Source: an uncultured candidate division Zixibacteria bacterium (lineage in GTDB: Bacteria; Zixibacteria; MSB-5A5; UBA10806; 4484-95). From it: a stretch of 64,000 nucleotides of DNA. The notes beneath the pieces were generated by a model. The model saw only the letters and a program-made list of their open reading frames with translations, was not told the origin of the DNA and did not search any database. The stretch lies in the NCBI GenBank assembly GCA_963668625.2, contig CAXXKA010000001.1, forward strand, positions 448,001 through 512,000, given 5' to 3'. Both the position numbers and the translations under genes were made by a program. Shown piece by piece: positions 1 to 9,988 of the stretch (positions are counted from its first letter, which is position 1; every line of letters begins with the position of its first letter).

Positions 1-1
1 A

Positions 2-34
2 TATCTGGAGCTGTACGAGAAAGCGGTGGGGTAG
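2..34 (+). CDS. 3' end of a gene truncated by the window start (YLELYEKAVG*), resembling a GT-B glycosyltransferase/glycogen synthase C-terminus
   Basis: Frame from position 2 reads tat ctg gag ctg tac gag aaa gcg gtg ggg tag; a Y..LY.. helix is typical of GT4/GT5 C-termini; only 10 codons visible. Confidence 0.4.
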   Translation, partial: YLELYEKAVG

Positions 35-107
35 GTTAAAACCCCTGCGGTTTTGACCGAGGTTTGGAAGTTACTGGCCGGTAGATGTCCTAGTCTGCCG
101 GCTTTTT
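31..107. repeat. REP-like hairpin pair / bidirectional terminator between convergent genes
   Basis: GTAG-GTTAAAACC-cctgc-GGTTTTGACC (31-58) and GCCGGTAGA...TCTGCCGGC followed by TTTTT (77-107); the GTAG supplies the upstream stop codon. Confidence 0.55.
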
Positions 108-112
108 AAGTA

Positions 113-1039
113 TCAAAACCAATCAATCTTCGATATCATAAAATTTTTACCGTAAACATCATTGAGCGTATCTTTTCCCTGTGGTTTGCACATGGCCTTT
201 ATATAATTGCCTTTATCCAGTTTGAATCCCGCCTTTATCAGAGCTTTAACCGCGTTTGGATCATAAGGATGCTGGGCGGCGATACCGTATTTCGCCCTCA
301 ATGAGGCCATCTTTATCAGCTTACTATATGCTTTTTGTGAATTTGCCAGTATCTCCTTTATCACAATCGAATTGTTTACCGAGGTCAACAGCGCGTAGCC
401 ATCGGGTAACATAAGCGAGAGATGTTTTACAAACGCGCCGCTTGATTCTTTGAACTTAATCAGATCGATGGTTCGGTATGTAAAACCGCTTTTATTCTCG
501 GCGTATCGGTTGAATATCTCCAGCATCGCCTTGTGGTTGAGCTTGAACTCACTCGGCGTTTTAGTAACCGGCTCGACCTGAGGCTTTTTGAATACCTTAT
601 ACAGATATGGGTAGTTCAAAACCTGCGGGATGTCTTTATAGCCGACATCAAGATACCATTTGTAAGCGTTAATAAAACTTGAGGTGGTCAGAAAAGAGAA
701 ACGAAAACCCTGCTCCATAAAATAGCTTTCGGCTGCTTGAAGCAGTTTCCTGGCGAAACCTTTTCCTGCATAATCGGGGAGAGTCATTACGCTATGTATA
801 CCGCCTGCTGTTTCGATATCGCCTGATTTGTTTTTGGTCTTGATATGAGTCACGCCAACGAAACTGACAACTTTACCCCCGGATACCGCGCACATCCCGA
901 TTGGGCTATCCCGAAGAAACTCATCCTGCCTAAGATTATCATCAAGCCACCCGGGGGTAAAAGCCCAGAAAAACGATTTTAACCCCATAACCATCATACT
1001 GTCTTTATCTTTAACTTCGTGATAAGAAAGAATTTTCAA
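113..1039 (-). CDS. GNAT family N-acetyltransferase (Eis-like N-terminal GNAT)
   Basis: Acetyl-CoA motif VMTLPDYAGKGFARKLL; AGGAG RBS before TTG start. Confidence 0.85.
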   Translation of the reverse strand: MKILSYHEVKDKDSMMVMGLKSFFWAFTPGWLDDNLRQDEFLRDSPIGMCAVSGGKVVSFVGVTHIKTKNKSGDIETAGGIHSVMTLPDYAGKGFARKLLQAAESYFMEQGFRFSFLTTSSFINAYKWYLDVGYKDIPQVLNYPYLYKVFKKPQVEPVTKTPSEFKLNHKAMLEIFNRYAENKSGFTYRTIDLIKFKESSGAFVKHLSLMLPDGYALLTSVNNSIVIKEILANSQKAYSKLIKMASLRAKYGIAAQHPYDPNAVKALIKAGFKLDKGNYIKAMCKPQGKDTLNDVYGKNFMISKIDWF

Positions 1040-1224
1040 AGTTTACTCCTGTAAGTATTGAACATTAGTGTAACTGTACCATGAATAATTATAATCAGCC
1101 ATTGGTTTTATATTTTACGGGGGGAGAGAATAGCAGTACATAGTACTGGTACAATCATTACATCAAACTTATTCCTTTAAATCTCCCCTAACCCGATATG
1201 TTTACAAAACTTAAATATTTTATC

Positions 1225-1254
1225 TTGACATATTCGAAATTATTTCTATATTAT
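1225..1254 (+). promoter_or_regulatory. sigma70-type promoter of tRNA-Gly
   Basis: TTGACA 1225-1230, then TATATT (16-nt spacer) or TATTAT (18-nt spacer), just upstream of the tRNA. Confidence 0.65.
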
Positions 1255-1265
1255 GCGGTCGTTAC

Positions 1266-1338
1266 GCGGGAGTAGCTCAGCTGGTAGAGCTCCACCTTGC
1301 CAAGGTGGTTGTCGCGAGTTCGAATCTCGTCTCCCGCT
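1266..1338 (+). tRNA. tRNA-Gly (GCC), CCA not encoded
   Basis: GCGGGAG/CTCCCGC acceptor stem, TAGCTCAG..GGTAGAGC D arm, CCACC-TTGCCAA-GGTGG anticodon arm, GTTCGAAT T loop. Confidence 0.97.
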
Positions 1339-1460
1339 TTTTTTATTGCCTGAATCTGAAATGTATACCCAGAATAATATTATACAGCAAAGAAAATTTA
1401 GATTTTCATCGGTAAACTTATCCTATATGTCGAATCTATTAATGACTACATCAATCGATA

Positions 1461-2399
1461 CTAAAGACCAAAATCACCTTTATCGATCCATTTCATCGAT
1501 AGCAAAGACCAGAAATCCAATGCCAGGTAATTCAAGACATAGTCATATGGCAGCCAGCCATATCCCTGATCTCCCCATTCCTTGCTCCAGGAATTTCGTA
1601 TGAGCAGGGCCCCGGTGGTTTTTTGATTGCATTGAGTATTGATGATTTTCTTTTTATCATTATAACCTACGGCAGCCACGGCATGGCCCCATTTGGCTTG
1701 TTCCCAGGAGCAGGGAAAAGGAATCGCTCCCGGCTCATCCGAGCTTTCACTCGAATCGAATCCCCAGAAACCGAACATACTGGGTATACCTGCAGCCAGG
1801 TATTTTTTCACGCTGTTAAGCACATCCTTTCTTGGCCGACTGGAACTTAACGGATCATGGCAAAAATATTTTAGCGCTTCATAATTATCGGCAAGCGAGT
1901 AAACGAAAGCGGTCGGCTCATCATCAAAGGCCGGTTCGCCATCCGGGCCGGGTTGAGCGAGGTCATTGTATCGCCAGTGGTTTTCCGGCGGCACTCCGAA
2001 TAGAGACAGAGCCGCCATAGTGATCCTGCACCAGGCGCCCGTATCACCGGTAACCCCCATGAGATTTCTGGTGGTTTTATATACGAATAGACGGGAACCG
2101 TCAAGATGCCTGCCGAATGCCCGCTTTTCGTAGTATTCAACAATACCGACACCGGCATGTGCGGTGCATGATCCCAGGTTTAACTGGCTCTCTATCGGGG
2201 AACAATCCGAACGCAGATCAACGGAAGCGGGAAGGGTTGCGCGTAAAGTCGTTGGGGGTTTGCGGACATTTTTGAATAGTTCTTTGATATCTTTCTTATC
2301 GTCGGTGAAATCACGATTATCGGGTAATGGCGGAAGCCATCCCGTGCCCACTGTTTCGGTCATATTCGTTAACCTGACCGGTTTATAGACGAAATACAT
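1461..2399 (-). CDS. Papain-like C1 family cysteine peptidase (no obvious signal peptide)
   Basis: LPASVDLR, QLNLGSCTAHA (Gln/Cys), GHAVAAVGY (His), IRNSW (Asn); GAGGAG RBS. Confidence 0.92.
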   Translation of the reverse strand: MYFVYKPVRLTNMTETVGTGWLPPLPDNRDFTDDKKDIKELFKNVRKPPTTLRATLPASVDLRSDCSPIESQLNLGSCTAHAGVGIVEYYEKRAFGRHLDGSRLFVYKTTRNLMGVTGDTGAWCRITMAALSLFGVPPENHWRYNDLAQPGPDGEPAFDDEPTAFVYSLADNYEALKYFCHDPLSSSRPRKDVLNSVKKYLAAGIPSMFGFWGFDSSESSDEPGAIPFPCSWEQAKWGHAVAAVGYNDKKKIINTQCNQKTTGALLIRNSWSKEWGDQGYGWLPYDYVLNYLALDFWSLLSMKWIDKGDFGL

Positions 2400-2460
2400 T
2401 TATGCTCCTCTGTTTACGAGTTAAACATTTTTATTACCGGAATTCTCATTGCCCCATAAA

Positions 2461-2607
2461 GAGGCTGTTGAAAAATCTTATTTCACGCGTCGCTGGGCGG
2501 ACGAAGTCATTTGTTCATCCTTTCCCGGCGACTTCCCGCATGAAATCAGGTGTCAGGAAAGGATTCCCGGCATTGCTACTATCCAATTATGACTTTTCAG
2601 CAACCCC
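2461..2607. mobile_element. 147-bp MITE-like element with IS5/IS1182-like imperfect terminal inverted repeats
   Basis: Left GAGGCTGTTGAAAAATC vs reverse complement of right end GGGGTTGCTGAAAAGTC (13/17); flanked by ATAAA direct repeat (2456-2460, 2608-2612); no transposase. Confidence 0.65.
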
Positions 2608-2710
2608 ATAAAATCGTAATGAAAGAAACAAAATCGTATGGAATGCCCCGAGATTTAACTACCATGAATTATAGCGAATGATTTTATGAGGCTGATGATC
2701 TTGAAAGTTG

Positions 2711-2743
2711 AAAAGACGGGCCTCGTTCAATCCCGGCCCGTCT
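2711..2743 (-). terminator. Intrinsic terminator of the clostripain-like gene
   Basis: AGACGGGCC...GGCCCGTCT stem followed by a T-run on the minus strand. Confidence 0.6.
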
Positions 2744-2819
2744 AAACACGTATCCCTACTGTGCCATCAGCTATACTTAAATTATTGATGATCGTTGTCA
2801 GGCTAATACACCGATTGAG

Positions 2820-4370
2820 CTATGGTATATTAGAATAGTAATCCTGAAGCCAGTTATCCCACTGGACGTATTTGACAAAATCCACCGGCATAAAAGCGTT
2901 GGTTTCCAAATAACCGCTATGTTGCGGATCGTTGTTGAATTCAACTTGAGTAGGCGGGAAGTATATTGCCAGACCGTTCGAACCGCTCATATCGGCGCTG
3001 TGTTCCTCGCTAACCACATAATCCTCAACCGCTAGTTTCAAATTCTTAGCAGCATTTTTAAGATCAACGGAGGCCACGTTTTGCTCTACGTTATCAGCGA
3101 AATCCCAGAGATCGGTTCCCCAACAACTAGGGCTCCAGGCGGGATGAAATTGTTTGGAGTTCATCCTCGCTGTTTTTAAAGTTGCCCATTCTACGTTAGC
3201 GCGATGGACGAATTCGTTCAACCTGTATACCAGGTTGTTCAATTTATCCTGCCTGACTGCTGCTTGTGTAATTCCACCGCTACCGGCGTAGGAGGCTTTG
3301 TAACTATTGACAATCAAATCCGCTAAAGTACCCGGACTCTGACTGGGATTAGCTACCAGGCCTTGAATGATTCTGTCGTACGGCCAGCCATCAAATGGCT
3401 CGGTATCCTCAGAGCCGACGATGTAATTAGCGACATCGCGTAAAGCATAGGCCGACTCGATCATACCCATCAAGCAGGCATCGAAACCGACTATATCCAG
3501 CTTGACATTGGTGTTGTTTTTTACGTCCAGTCGAATCTTGGCGGCGGTCAAAGCATCCTGAACCTCGCGCATATACAGGACATCGTTATCGGTATCATCA
3601 GTACAGATAGATTTAACGATGCAGCTAGTGTCCATCATTCCGCTAGACCTGGCGGCCTCAGCCGCTTTCATGGTTTTCTCCATGGTCTTGCGCCATCCAT
3701 CACCATGATTCCAAATCACGACAGCATAACGTTCGGCTGGATAATTAGTGATACCCCATTCGACGAAGTCGCGAAGAGAATTGGGATCGCCCATATTGAC
3801 CTCGCCTAAATTCATCACCGGCGGATCATCCGGTTCATCGCCGGCCTGCACCTGAAACCTTCTGGTATCGGTCCAATTGCCATAACCGGCCGAATGTCCC
3901 GGGGCTCTATCCATTTGCACGAGCACATTAATATGTGCGGAGGTAGCCTCATCCGATATCTCCATGAAATCATCCAACGCTGCACCTTCGAGGTTGTTAT
4001 CGCCATCCATATATATCATCATGCTCCACTTGACCGGCCCGATTACGCGGAAGTTAGTTTTGCTTTTACCTTTTCCTTTAGAGGTCTTAACCGAAATTTC
4101 CCCGGTTTGAGCTCCAGCGGGAACCCTGACTTTTAACATCGTTGTCGAGGCGAACGTTATATCAGCCGCCGGAACAGTTACACCTTGGAAAGTAACGGTA
4201 TTATCGACAGGATTAGATTTGAAACGGGAGCCTTTGATCGTTACCTCCGTACCGATAGGCCCCTCCTCCGGAGTAAAACTTTTTATTTTCGGGCCGCAGT
4301 CAAAAAACACGATCGCGCTCAGTATTAATGCTAGTATAATCCATGGATTTCGATTTCTTCTCTTATACAT
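2820..4370 (-). CDS. Clostripain-family (C11) cysteine peptidase with N-terminal IPT/TIG domain; probable lipoprotein
   Basis: YMDGDNNLE, NMGDP, IWNHGDGW (His), GFDACLM (Cys); PKIKSFTP..G..GTEVTIKG TIG domain; hydrophobic leader ending FFDC. Confidence 0.9.
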   Translation of the reverse strand: MYKRRNRNPWIILALILSAIVFFDCGPKIKSFTPEEGPIGTEVTIKGSRFKSNPVDNTVTFQGVTVPAADITFASTTMLKVRVPAGAQTGEISVKTSKGKGKSKTNFRVIGPVKWSMMIYMDGDNNLEGAALDDFMEISDEATSAHINVLVQMDRAPGHSAGYGNWTDTRRFQVQAGDEPDDPPVMNLGEVNMGDPNSLRDFVEWGITNYPAERYAVVIWNHGDGWRKTMEKTMKAAEAARSSGMMDTSCIVKSICTDDTDNDVLYMREVQDALTAAKIRLDVKNNTNVKLDIVGFDACLMGMIESAYALRDVANYIVGSEDTEPFDGWPYDRIIQGLVANPSQSPGTLADLIVNSYKASYAGSGGITQAAVRQDKLNNLVYRLNEFVHRANVEWATLKTARMNSKQFHPAWSPSCWGTDLWDFADNVEQNVASVDLKNAAKNLKLAVEDYVVSEEHSADMSGSNGLAIYFPPTQVEFNNDPQHSGYLETNAFMPVDFVKYVQWDNWLQDYYSNIP

Positions 4371-5227
4371 TGTCTCCCCCTGTAGGTTAACTCATTGTTT
4401 AATTAATCTGCATCTAGCCCCTCTTTTATACTAGTTCAGTAAAATGCTTTATATCATAGGCGCCTCCCGGTCAAAATCATTATCCAGCCGCCGAATAATT
4501 ACAGCCGGATAATTTTGGTTAATTGATATATTTATTTAATAAAAAGGTGTCTTATCTAAGGTGTTTGACAAGTATAAATATACATGTAAGAAATACTTAT
4601 AATTAATAAACGGATTATCGTCAATAGGAAAATATTATACCCAATAATACGTACCCTATTATAGTGTTAACCTTTATAACAATTTCATCTGGAATTCGAT
4701 CATTTATATATATGAGGATATTTCAATGCTAGCAAAGGTTAACGCGGACATCAATATAAGATGACGTATCCTGATTGCTATAACAAGCAAAGGGAAATCT
4801 TTCCTGGCAGGTTGTTTGCCGAGGAATTGAATCTCATCAGTTGTTTTTAACACCTGAACCTTTTCCTGTTATAATAGTATTAACAATATGAATTTTTCTG
4901 AAAACTGATGTTTGACAGTGTGAAATGGTACTAAGTCGACCGGGGAGGAATTGCGGCAGCTGCCTCGATCCGGTTTTGCTAATAAGGGTTAAGCGATGAT
5001 TATTATTGATGTTTTTCCATTTTTTTGTGATATTTTTCACTAAAAAATGATAATATCATTGACTTTGCCACTGAGAATTAATTACTTTATGTAGCTAAAA
5101 TTTACACTGTTTGCACTGCTGTCATAATTGACAACTACACAGATAACCAACGCCAAGAGGCTTTTATCGGCTCTTGAATTTTTGCAAATCTAAATATACG
5201 GCTGTATGCCATAAAAAAGGAGAGGAT

Positions 5228-6502
5228 ATGCTATTAAAAGACAAGCTCGCGTCTCAGATTCCCGGTTTGCGCGAGGATATCAAAAAATTCGTAGGAGCAC
5301 ATGGCGATTTTGAAATCTCCAAGGTCTCGATTGCCCAGGCCTACGGTGGTATGCGCGGTGTTCGTGCGATGGTTTGCGATACCTCCGAAGTTCCCCCCGA
5401 TAAGGGTCTTCTGGTTAGAGAAATTCCGATTGGCGATCTGGCCAATAATCTGCCCGAGGAGATTTTCTTCTTGCTTTGCACCGGCGAAATGCCTAACGAG
5501 GCGGAGTTAAAGGACCTTCAGAAAGAATATGCGGCTCGCTGTCAGGTTCCGGAGTATGTCTGGAAAGTGCTCGAAGCCATGCCGAAAGATGCTCACCCGA
5601 TGTGCATGCTGGATACAGCGATATTAGCCATGGAGGGCGAGTCGAAATTCCGTGCCGGTTATGATAAAGGCATGAAGAAAACCGAATACTGGGAACCGAT
5701 GCTCGAGGATAGTCTGGATATCCTGGCCAAATTGCCGAATATCGCCGCCGGTGTATACCGCATGCGTTTCGGAAAAGGCCCGCGTATTGCCCCGAAACCG
5801 GAACTCGATTGGGGCGCCAACTATGCCCATATGCTGGGTCTGGAAGATCCCAAGGGCACGTTAGCCGACCTGATGCGTCTTTATCTTGTGCTTCATTGCG
5901 ACCACGAGGGCGGCAATGTCTCGGCTCATACATGCCATTGCGTAGCCTCGGCGTTATCCGATGCTTACTACGCTGTCAGCGCCGGATTGAACGGTCTGGC
6001 CGGACCTCTTCACGGCCTGGCTAACCAGGAATGTCTTAATTGGGTGCTCCAGGTTCACGAAAAATTCGGTGGCGTTCCCAGTGATGACGATCTCAAGAAA
6101 TTCGCCTGGGATACTTTGAACTCCGGTAAGGTTATCCCCGGTTACGGCCATGCCGTGCTGCGCGTAACCGATCCCAGATATACCTCGTTCTTAGCTTTCG
6201 GTCAGAAACATATGGCTGATGACCCGATTTTCGCTATCGTGAATAAAGTTTACGATATCGTTCCGGGCGTGCTCAAAGAGCATGGTAAAGCCAAAAATCC
6301 GTGGCCGAATGTCGATGCCGGTTCAGGCGCGCTTTTATATCATTACGGCTTGAAAGAGTTCTCGTACTACACCGTATTGTTCTCGATTTCGAGAGCTATG
6401 GGTATGTGCTCACAGATGGTGGTCTCGCGTGCGATGGGTTACTCTATCGAGCGTCCGAAATCACTGCCGACAAAGGTGCTCAAAGCCCAGGCCGGCGCTT
6501 AA
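5228..6502 (+). CDS. gltA: Citrate (Si)-synthase, eukaryotic-like dimeric type
   Basis: YGGMRG, DHEGGNVSAH, GLAGPLHGLANQE, GYGHAVLR, WPNVDA; AGGAGAGG RBS before ATG 5228. Confidence 0.95.
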   Translation: MLLKDKLASQIPGLREDIKKFVGAHGDFEISKVSIAQAYGGMRGVRAMVCDTSEVPPDKGLLVREIPIGDLANNLPEEIFFLLCTGEMPNEAELKDLQKEYAARCQVPEYVWKVLEAMPKDAHPMCMLDTAILAMEGESKFRAGYDKGMKKTEYWEPMLEDSLDILAKLPNIAAGVYRMRFGKGPRIAPKPELDWGANYAHMLGLEDPKGTLADLMRLYLVLHCDHEGGNVSAHTCHCVASALSDAYYAVSAGLNGLAGPLHGLANQECLNWVLQVHEKFGGVPSDDDLKKFAWDTLNSGKVIPGYGHAVLRVTDPRYTSFLAFGQKHMADDPIFAIVNKVYDIVPGVLKEHGKAKNPWPNVDAGSGALLYHYGLKEFSYYTVLFSISRAMGMCSQMVVSRAMGYSIERPKSLPTKVLKAQAGA

Positions 6503-6535
6503 TTACATTAAGCGAAATTTCCATTGATTTTCATG

Positions 6536-6564
6536 CCGCCGAATCATCCGATTCGGCGGTTTTT
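6536..6564 (+). terminator. Intrinsic terminator after citrate synthase
   Basis: CCGCCGAATC-atcc-GATTCGGCGG then TTTTT. Confidence 0.85.
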
Positions 6565-6813
6565 CTATGAGAGATGCATATATTACTTGACTCTATGTGA
6601 CTATCTCGATATAATTGAATTACATCTTTGATACAGCTAAATACTATCCTCATTATAAATAGTTTTACGATTATATAGTAATTGGCTTTCCGCATTAGAT
6701 TCGATCCCACAATCAAATATGAATCGGGGGCAGAAAGGATATGCCTATGGTTTTACACTTCTGATTTTTGCGATATGTAAAATTTCGATCCAATTATGAA
6801 AGGAGAATAAATC

Positions 6814-9018
6814 ATGCCTCGTTTTGGTTTAACTCTCAGTTTAGTGTTTTCAATAGTTCTGTTTATGTCTATAGCATCTCTTGCTGATATGCCTGGTACC
6901 ATGAACTATCAGGGGTATCTTAACGATGCCGGTGGAAACCCGATCAGTGACACTTTAGCGATGACTTTTGTTTTTTACAACCAGGCCGTGGATGGTTCCA
7001 TACTTGGCAGTGAATCGTTCGCTGAAGTAGTTATTGATTCGGGATATTTTTTCGTGACTCTTGGCGAGTCTCAGGCCATTGCTGATGATATTTTTCAGCA
7101 TAATGAGGTTTGGTTGGAGGTCAGGGTTGATGGCGAAACAATGACTCCCCGGGTTCATCTGGCAAAAGTGCCTTATTCCTCGAGCGTAGCCAGCGTAGAG
7201 GGTGCTGAAGGTGGGCAGCTTATCGGTAATCTTCAAACAACAGGCACTATAAGATCGGGTAACTCGATAATTATCGATGGTGGTAATGATAAGATTACTA
7301 CCACGAGCGATCAGCTTACATTCGATATCAATGATGTTATTTTTAGCGATAAGATAACCGTTGGTCAGCCGAACGCTAACACGGGACTATATTCTCTGGT
7401 CACCGGAAAAGACAATGCCGTGAGTAACAATTACTCATCGATCATCGGTGGCCAGAATAATCAGGTCAGTTCTTCATATTCGGCAATATCCGGGGGCATG
7501 GAAAATAGCGTTTCAGGCACATACTCCTCGATAAGCGGTGGCTATGGCAATAGTGTCACATCGCCAAGCTCATTTATAGGGGGAGGAAACGGAGATATCA
7601 TCAACGGTTCTTTTTCGGCAATAACCGGCGGTTATGAGTGCGACCTGAATGCCTCTTATTCCTCGATATGCGGCGGTAATAATAACAGCGTTAACGAGGA
7701 CTACTCCCTGGTTTGCGGTGGTTGGCATAACGATGTCAGCGGGATCGTATCATCTATAGTAGGTGGCCGTTACAATTATATTTTAGGACAGTACTCGGTT
7801 ATTTGTGGCGGCGGCAGCCAGGATGAGGGGTATGGCAATGAAATATTTGGCAATTATTCGGTAATTGGCGGCGGTAGTAGAAATACGATTGATTCGGTTG
7901 AGGGCATCTGGAACGCGCACTCGGTTATAGGCGGTGGATTCAATAATCATACCTATGGCCGTCACACGACAATAGCAGGCGGATACTATAATAGCTGTCT
8001 TGCTCAACGTACCAGTATCGGAGGAGGCGAGGAAAACACGGCAGGCGGTGATTATGCCACTATAAGTGGAGGTTATACTAATACAGCCGGGGGATTTTAT
8101 TCCTGCATTCCCGGCGGGAGGTCAAATCAGGCTACTGGAGATTTTTCATTTGCGGCAGGATATAATGCCCATGCTCTTCACGATGGCGCGTTCGTCTGGA
8201 ATGATGGTCATACCGATATTTTAGAATCCACTGGTGATGATCAATTTCTGATAAAAGCCTCCGGAGGCGTAGGAATAGGCACCAATATTCTGAATCCTGC
8301 TGAGGCGATGCTTAGGGTACAGGGCGTAATTCATGCCAACACGGGCGGTTTCAGGTTCCCCGACGGCACACTACAAACGACTGCCGCTGATAACGGTACA
8401 GGCGGTGATATCACTGCCGTTTATGCTGATGATGGTCTGGCAGGCGGAGGAGAATCCGGTGATGTTCATATAGATATCAATACGGGGACCGGTCTGGAGA
8501 TTAGCGCCGATGCAGTGCAGATGACGCCATCGTATTCGACCGGCGGGGCGTACGATAGCCGCTTTGTCAATGAGGGGCAGAGTAATTCGGTTAACAGCGC
8601 AATGATAGAAGACGGCACGATCAGCTTCGATGATATCGACCAGAACGGAGCTACCGAAGGGCAGGTTGTAACCTATGACGGCTCAGACTGGGTAGCGCAG
8701 GATAATGTCGGCCAAACGGGCTTTTTCCCGGCCCCCATGTACGATTCACATTGGTTCAGACCTCACGAAGCCGGCGATACACTTTTTCATAACCTGAGTA
8801 TTGATCCGGTGAATATGCTGGTTGATCTGATCTATTGGGATATTGACGATATTTACGGTATCAACAACAAATATTTTGGTGGCGCTATCGATGGTTCTTC
8901 CGATAGAGGGGCATACTATGCAAACCTAACCGAAAACTCAGTCGTAGTCTACAGATTTCATAACGATGGCCAGGCTGATTCAGCCCGCGTTCGTATCTGG
9001 GTAATTGCTGATGATTAA
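6814..9018 (+). CDS. Secreted fibre/adhesin-like protein with ~14-aa Gly-rich beta-solenoid repeats
   Basis: Signal peptide; N-terminal YQGYLND.GG.P domain; many S-I-x-G-G-x-x-N repeats; GVGIGT and FRFPDGT tail-fibre-like motifs; AGGAG RBS. Confidence 0.75.
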   Translation: MPRFGLTLSLVFSIVLFMSIASLADMPGTMNYQGYLNDAGGNPISDTLAMTFVFYNQAVDGSILGSESFAEVVIDSGYFFVTLGESQAIADDIFQHNEVWLEVRVDGETMTPRVHLAKVPYSSSVASVEGAEGGQLIGNLQTTGTIRSGNSIIIDGGNDKITTTSDQLTFDINDVIFSDKITVGQPNANTGLYSLVTGKDNAVSNNYSSIIGGQNNQVSSSYSAISGGMENSVSGTYSSISGGYGNSVTSPSSFIGGGNGDIINGSFSAITGGYECDLNASYSSICGGNNNSVNEDYSLVCGGWHNDVSGIVSSIVGGRYNYILGQYSVICGGGSQDEGYGNEIFGNYSVIGGGSRNTIDSVEGIWNAHSVIGGGFNNHTYGRHTTIAGGYYNSCLAQRTSIGGGEENTAGGDYATISGGYTNTAGGFYSCIPGGRSNQATGDFSFAAGYNAHALHDGAFVWNDGHTDILESTGDDQFLIKASGGVGIGTNILNPAEAMLRVQGVIHANTGGFRFPDGTLQTTAADNGTGGDITAVYADDGLAGGGESGDVHIDINTGTGLEISADAVQMTPSYSTGGAYDSRFVNEGQSNSVNSAMIEDGTISFDDIDQNGATEGQVVTYDGSDWVAQDNVGQTGFFPAPMYDSHWFRPHEAGDTLFHNLSIDPVNMLVDLIYWDIDDIYGINNKYFGGAIDGSSDRGAYYANLTENSVVVYRFHNDGQADSARVRIWVIADD

Positions 9019-9051
9019 TAGAAACGAAGATTTTTTAGAAAGGAGATTGAA

Positions 9052-9582
9052 ATGAAGCGAATAATCATGATAGTTTGCTTCTGCCTGGTTTTATCATCAG
9101 CATACGGCCAAAACTACGTCATAGAAAAACAGGTAATAGTTTCCGGCGGTGATTTCATCGACTCGGAGAATTACCAGCTTAACGGCTTTGCCGGACAAGT
9201 GGCTGTGGATGACATTTCCTCCGGCAGCTATCAATGTTATTTGGGATTCTGGCCGTTTGCTTTGATTCAGGGTGAGTTCTACTATAAATACCTTCCCGGT
9301 GACGCCAACATGGCTGCGGGTGGATGGCAGCCTGTAGTAATTGGCGGGGATGTTACCTATCTTGTTAATTATTTTCGGGCAATATCTGTGCCGTGTTTGC
9401 TTGATAGCTTCTATGCCGCGGCTGATGCCAACGGTGATTGTATGGTCATAGGCTCGGATGTCACCTACATGGTGAATTATTTTCGGGGAGCTAATCCAAT
9501 ATTATACTGCCCTGATTATAAGACAATCTGGCCACCGGTGCCATCCCAGCAACCGGCTGACTGGCCCGGCTGCGAAGAGTAG
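9052..9582 (+). CDS. Small secreted protein with C-terminal dockerin-like module
   Basis: Signal peptide; VSGG...GQ...GFW domain; PGDAN..GGDVTYLVNYFR / ADANGDC..GSDVTYMVNYFRG duplicated segments; AGGAG RBS. Confidence 0.8.
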   Translation: MKRIIMIVCFCLVLSSAYGQNYVIEKQVIVSGGDFIDSENYQLNGFAGQVAVDDISSGSYQCYLGFWPFALIQGEFYYKYLPGDANMAAGGWQPVVIGGDVTYLVNYFRAISVPCLLDSFYAAADANGDCMVIGSDVTYMVNYFRGANPILYCPDYKTIWPPVPSQQPADWPGCEE

Positions 9583-9600
9583 ATCGGTTATTGTTTTTTA

Positions 9601-9628
9601 CAAGCCCCATCACACGATGGGGCTTGTT
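9601..9628 (+). terminator. Hairpin terminator after the dockerin gene
   Basis: CAAGCCCCATC-acac-GATGGGGCTTG. Confidence 0.75.
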
Positions 9629-9630
9629 GC

Positions 9631-9898
9631 TATGTAAAAAACTAACGATTTAGCCGGTGTGTCAGTTCAAAGCGAAACATAATTATCTACTAACATTTAA
9701 ACGATTATATTTCACTGGGAAATGCTTAGCGCCGAGTGTATGGTAGAGTTTAGCCTTACTGTATTATGTAAAAAACTAACGATTTAGCCGGTGTGTCAGT
9801 TCAAAGCGAAACATAATTATCTACTAACATTTAAACGATTATATTTCACTGGGAAATGCTTAGCGCCGAGTGTATGGTAGAGTTTAGCCTTACTGTAT
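9631..9898. repeat. Exact tandem duplication, 2 x 134 bp (9631-9764, 9765-9898)
   Basis: Both units run TATGTAAAAAACTAACG...CCTTACTGTAT with no differences seen. Confidence 0.95.
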
Positions 9899-9988
9899 GG
9901 CGTAACCTATCAACCTATTCCCACCTGATCTGAATCCCGGCTCCCCAACCGGGATGATAGGATTTGTCAATGTTAATTTTTGCTGAGG

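Noticed and set aside
1253-1603. 116-aa ORF on the plus strand
   Set aside because: Reads through tRNA-Gly and antisense to the C1 peptidase; spurious
4371-5227. Riboswitch or ncRNA in the long AT-rich divergent intergenic region, including ORF 4837-5040
   Set aside because: No recognisable riboswitch core; the ORF lacks an RBS and protein-like composition
6814-9018. Prophage tail fibre
   Set aside because: Has a Sec signal peptide and no phage genes nearby
9631-9898. Possible CRISPR array
   Set aside because: Two long identical units with no spacers and no cas genes
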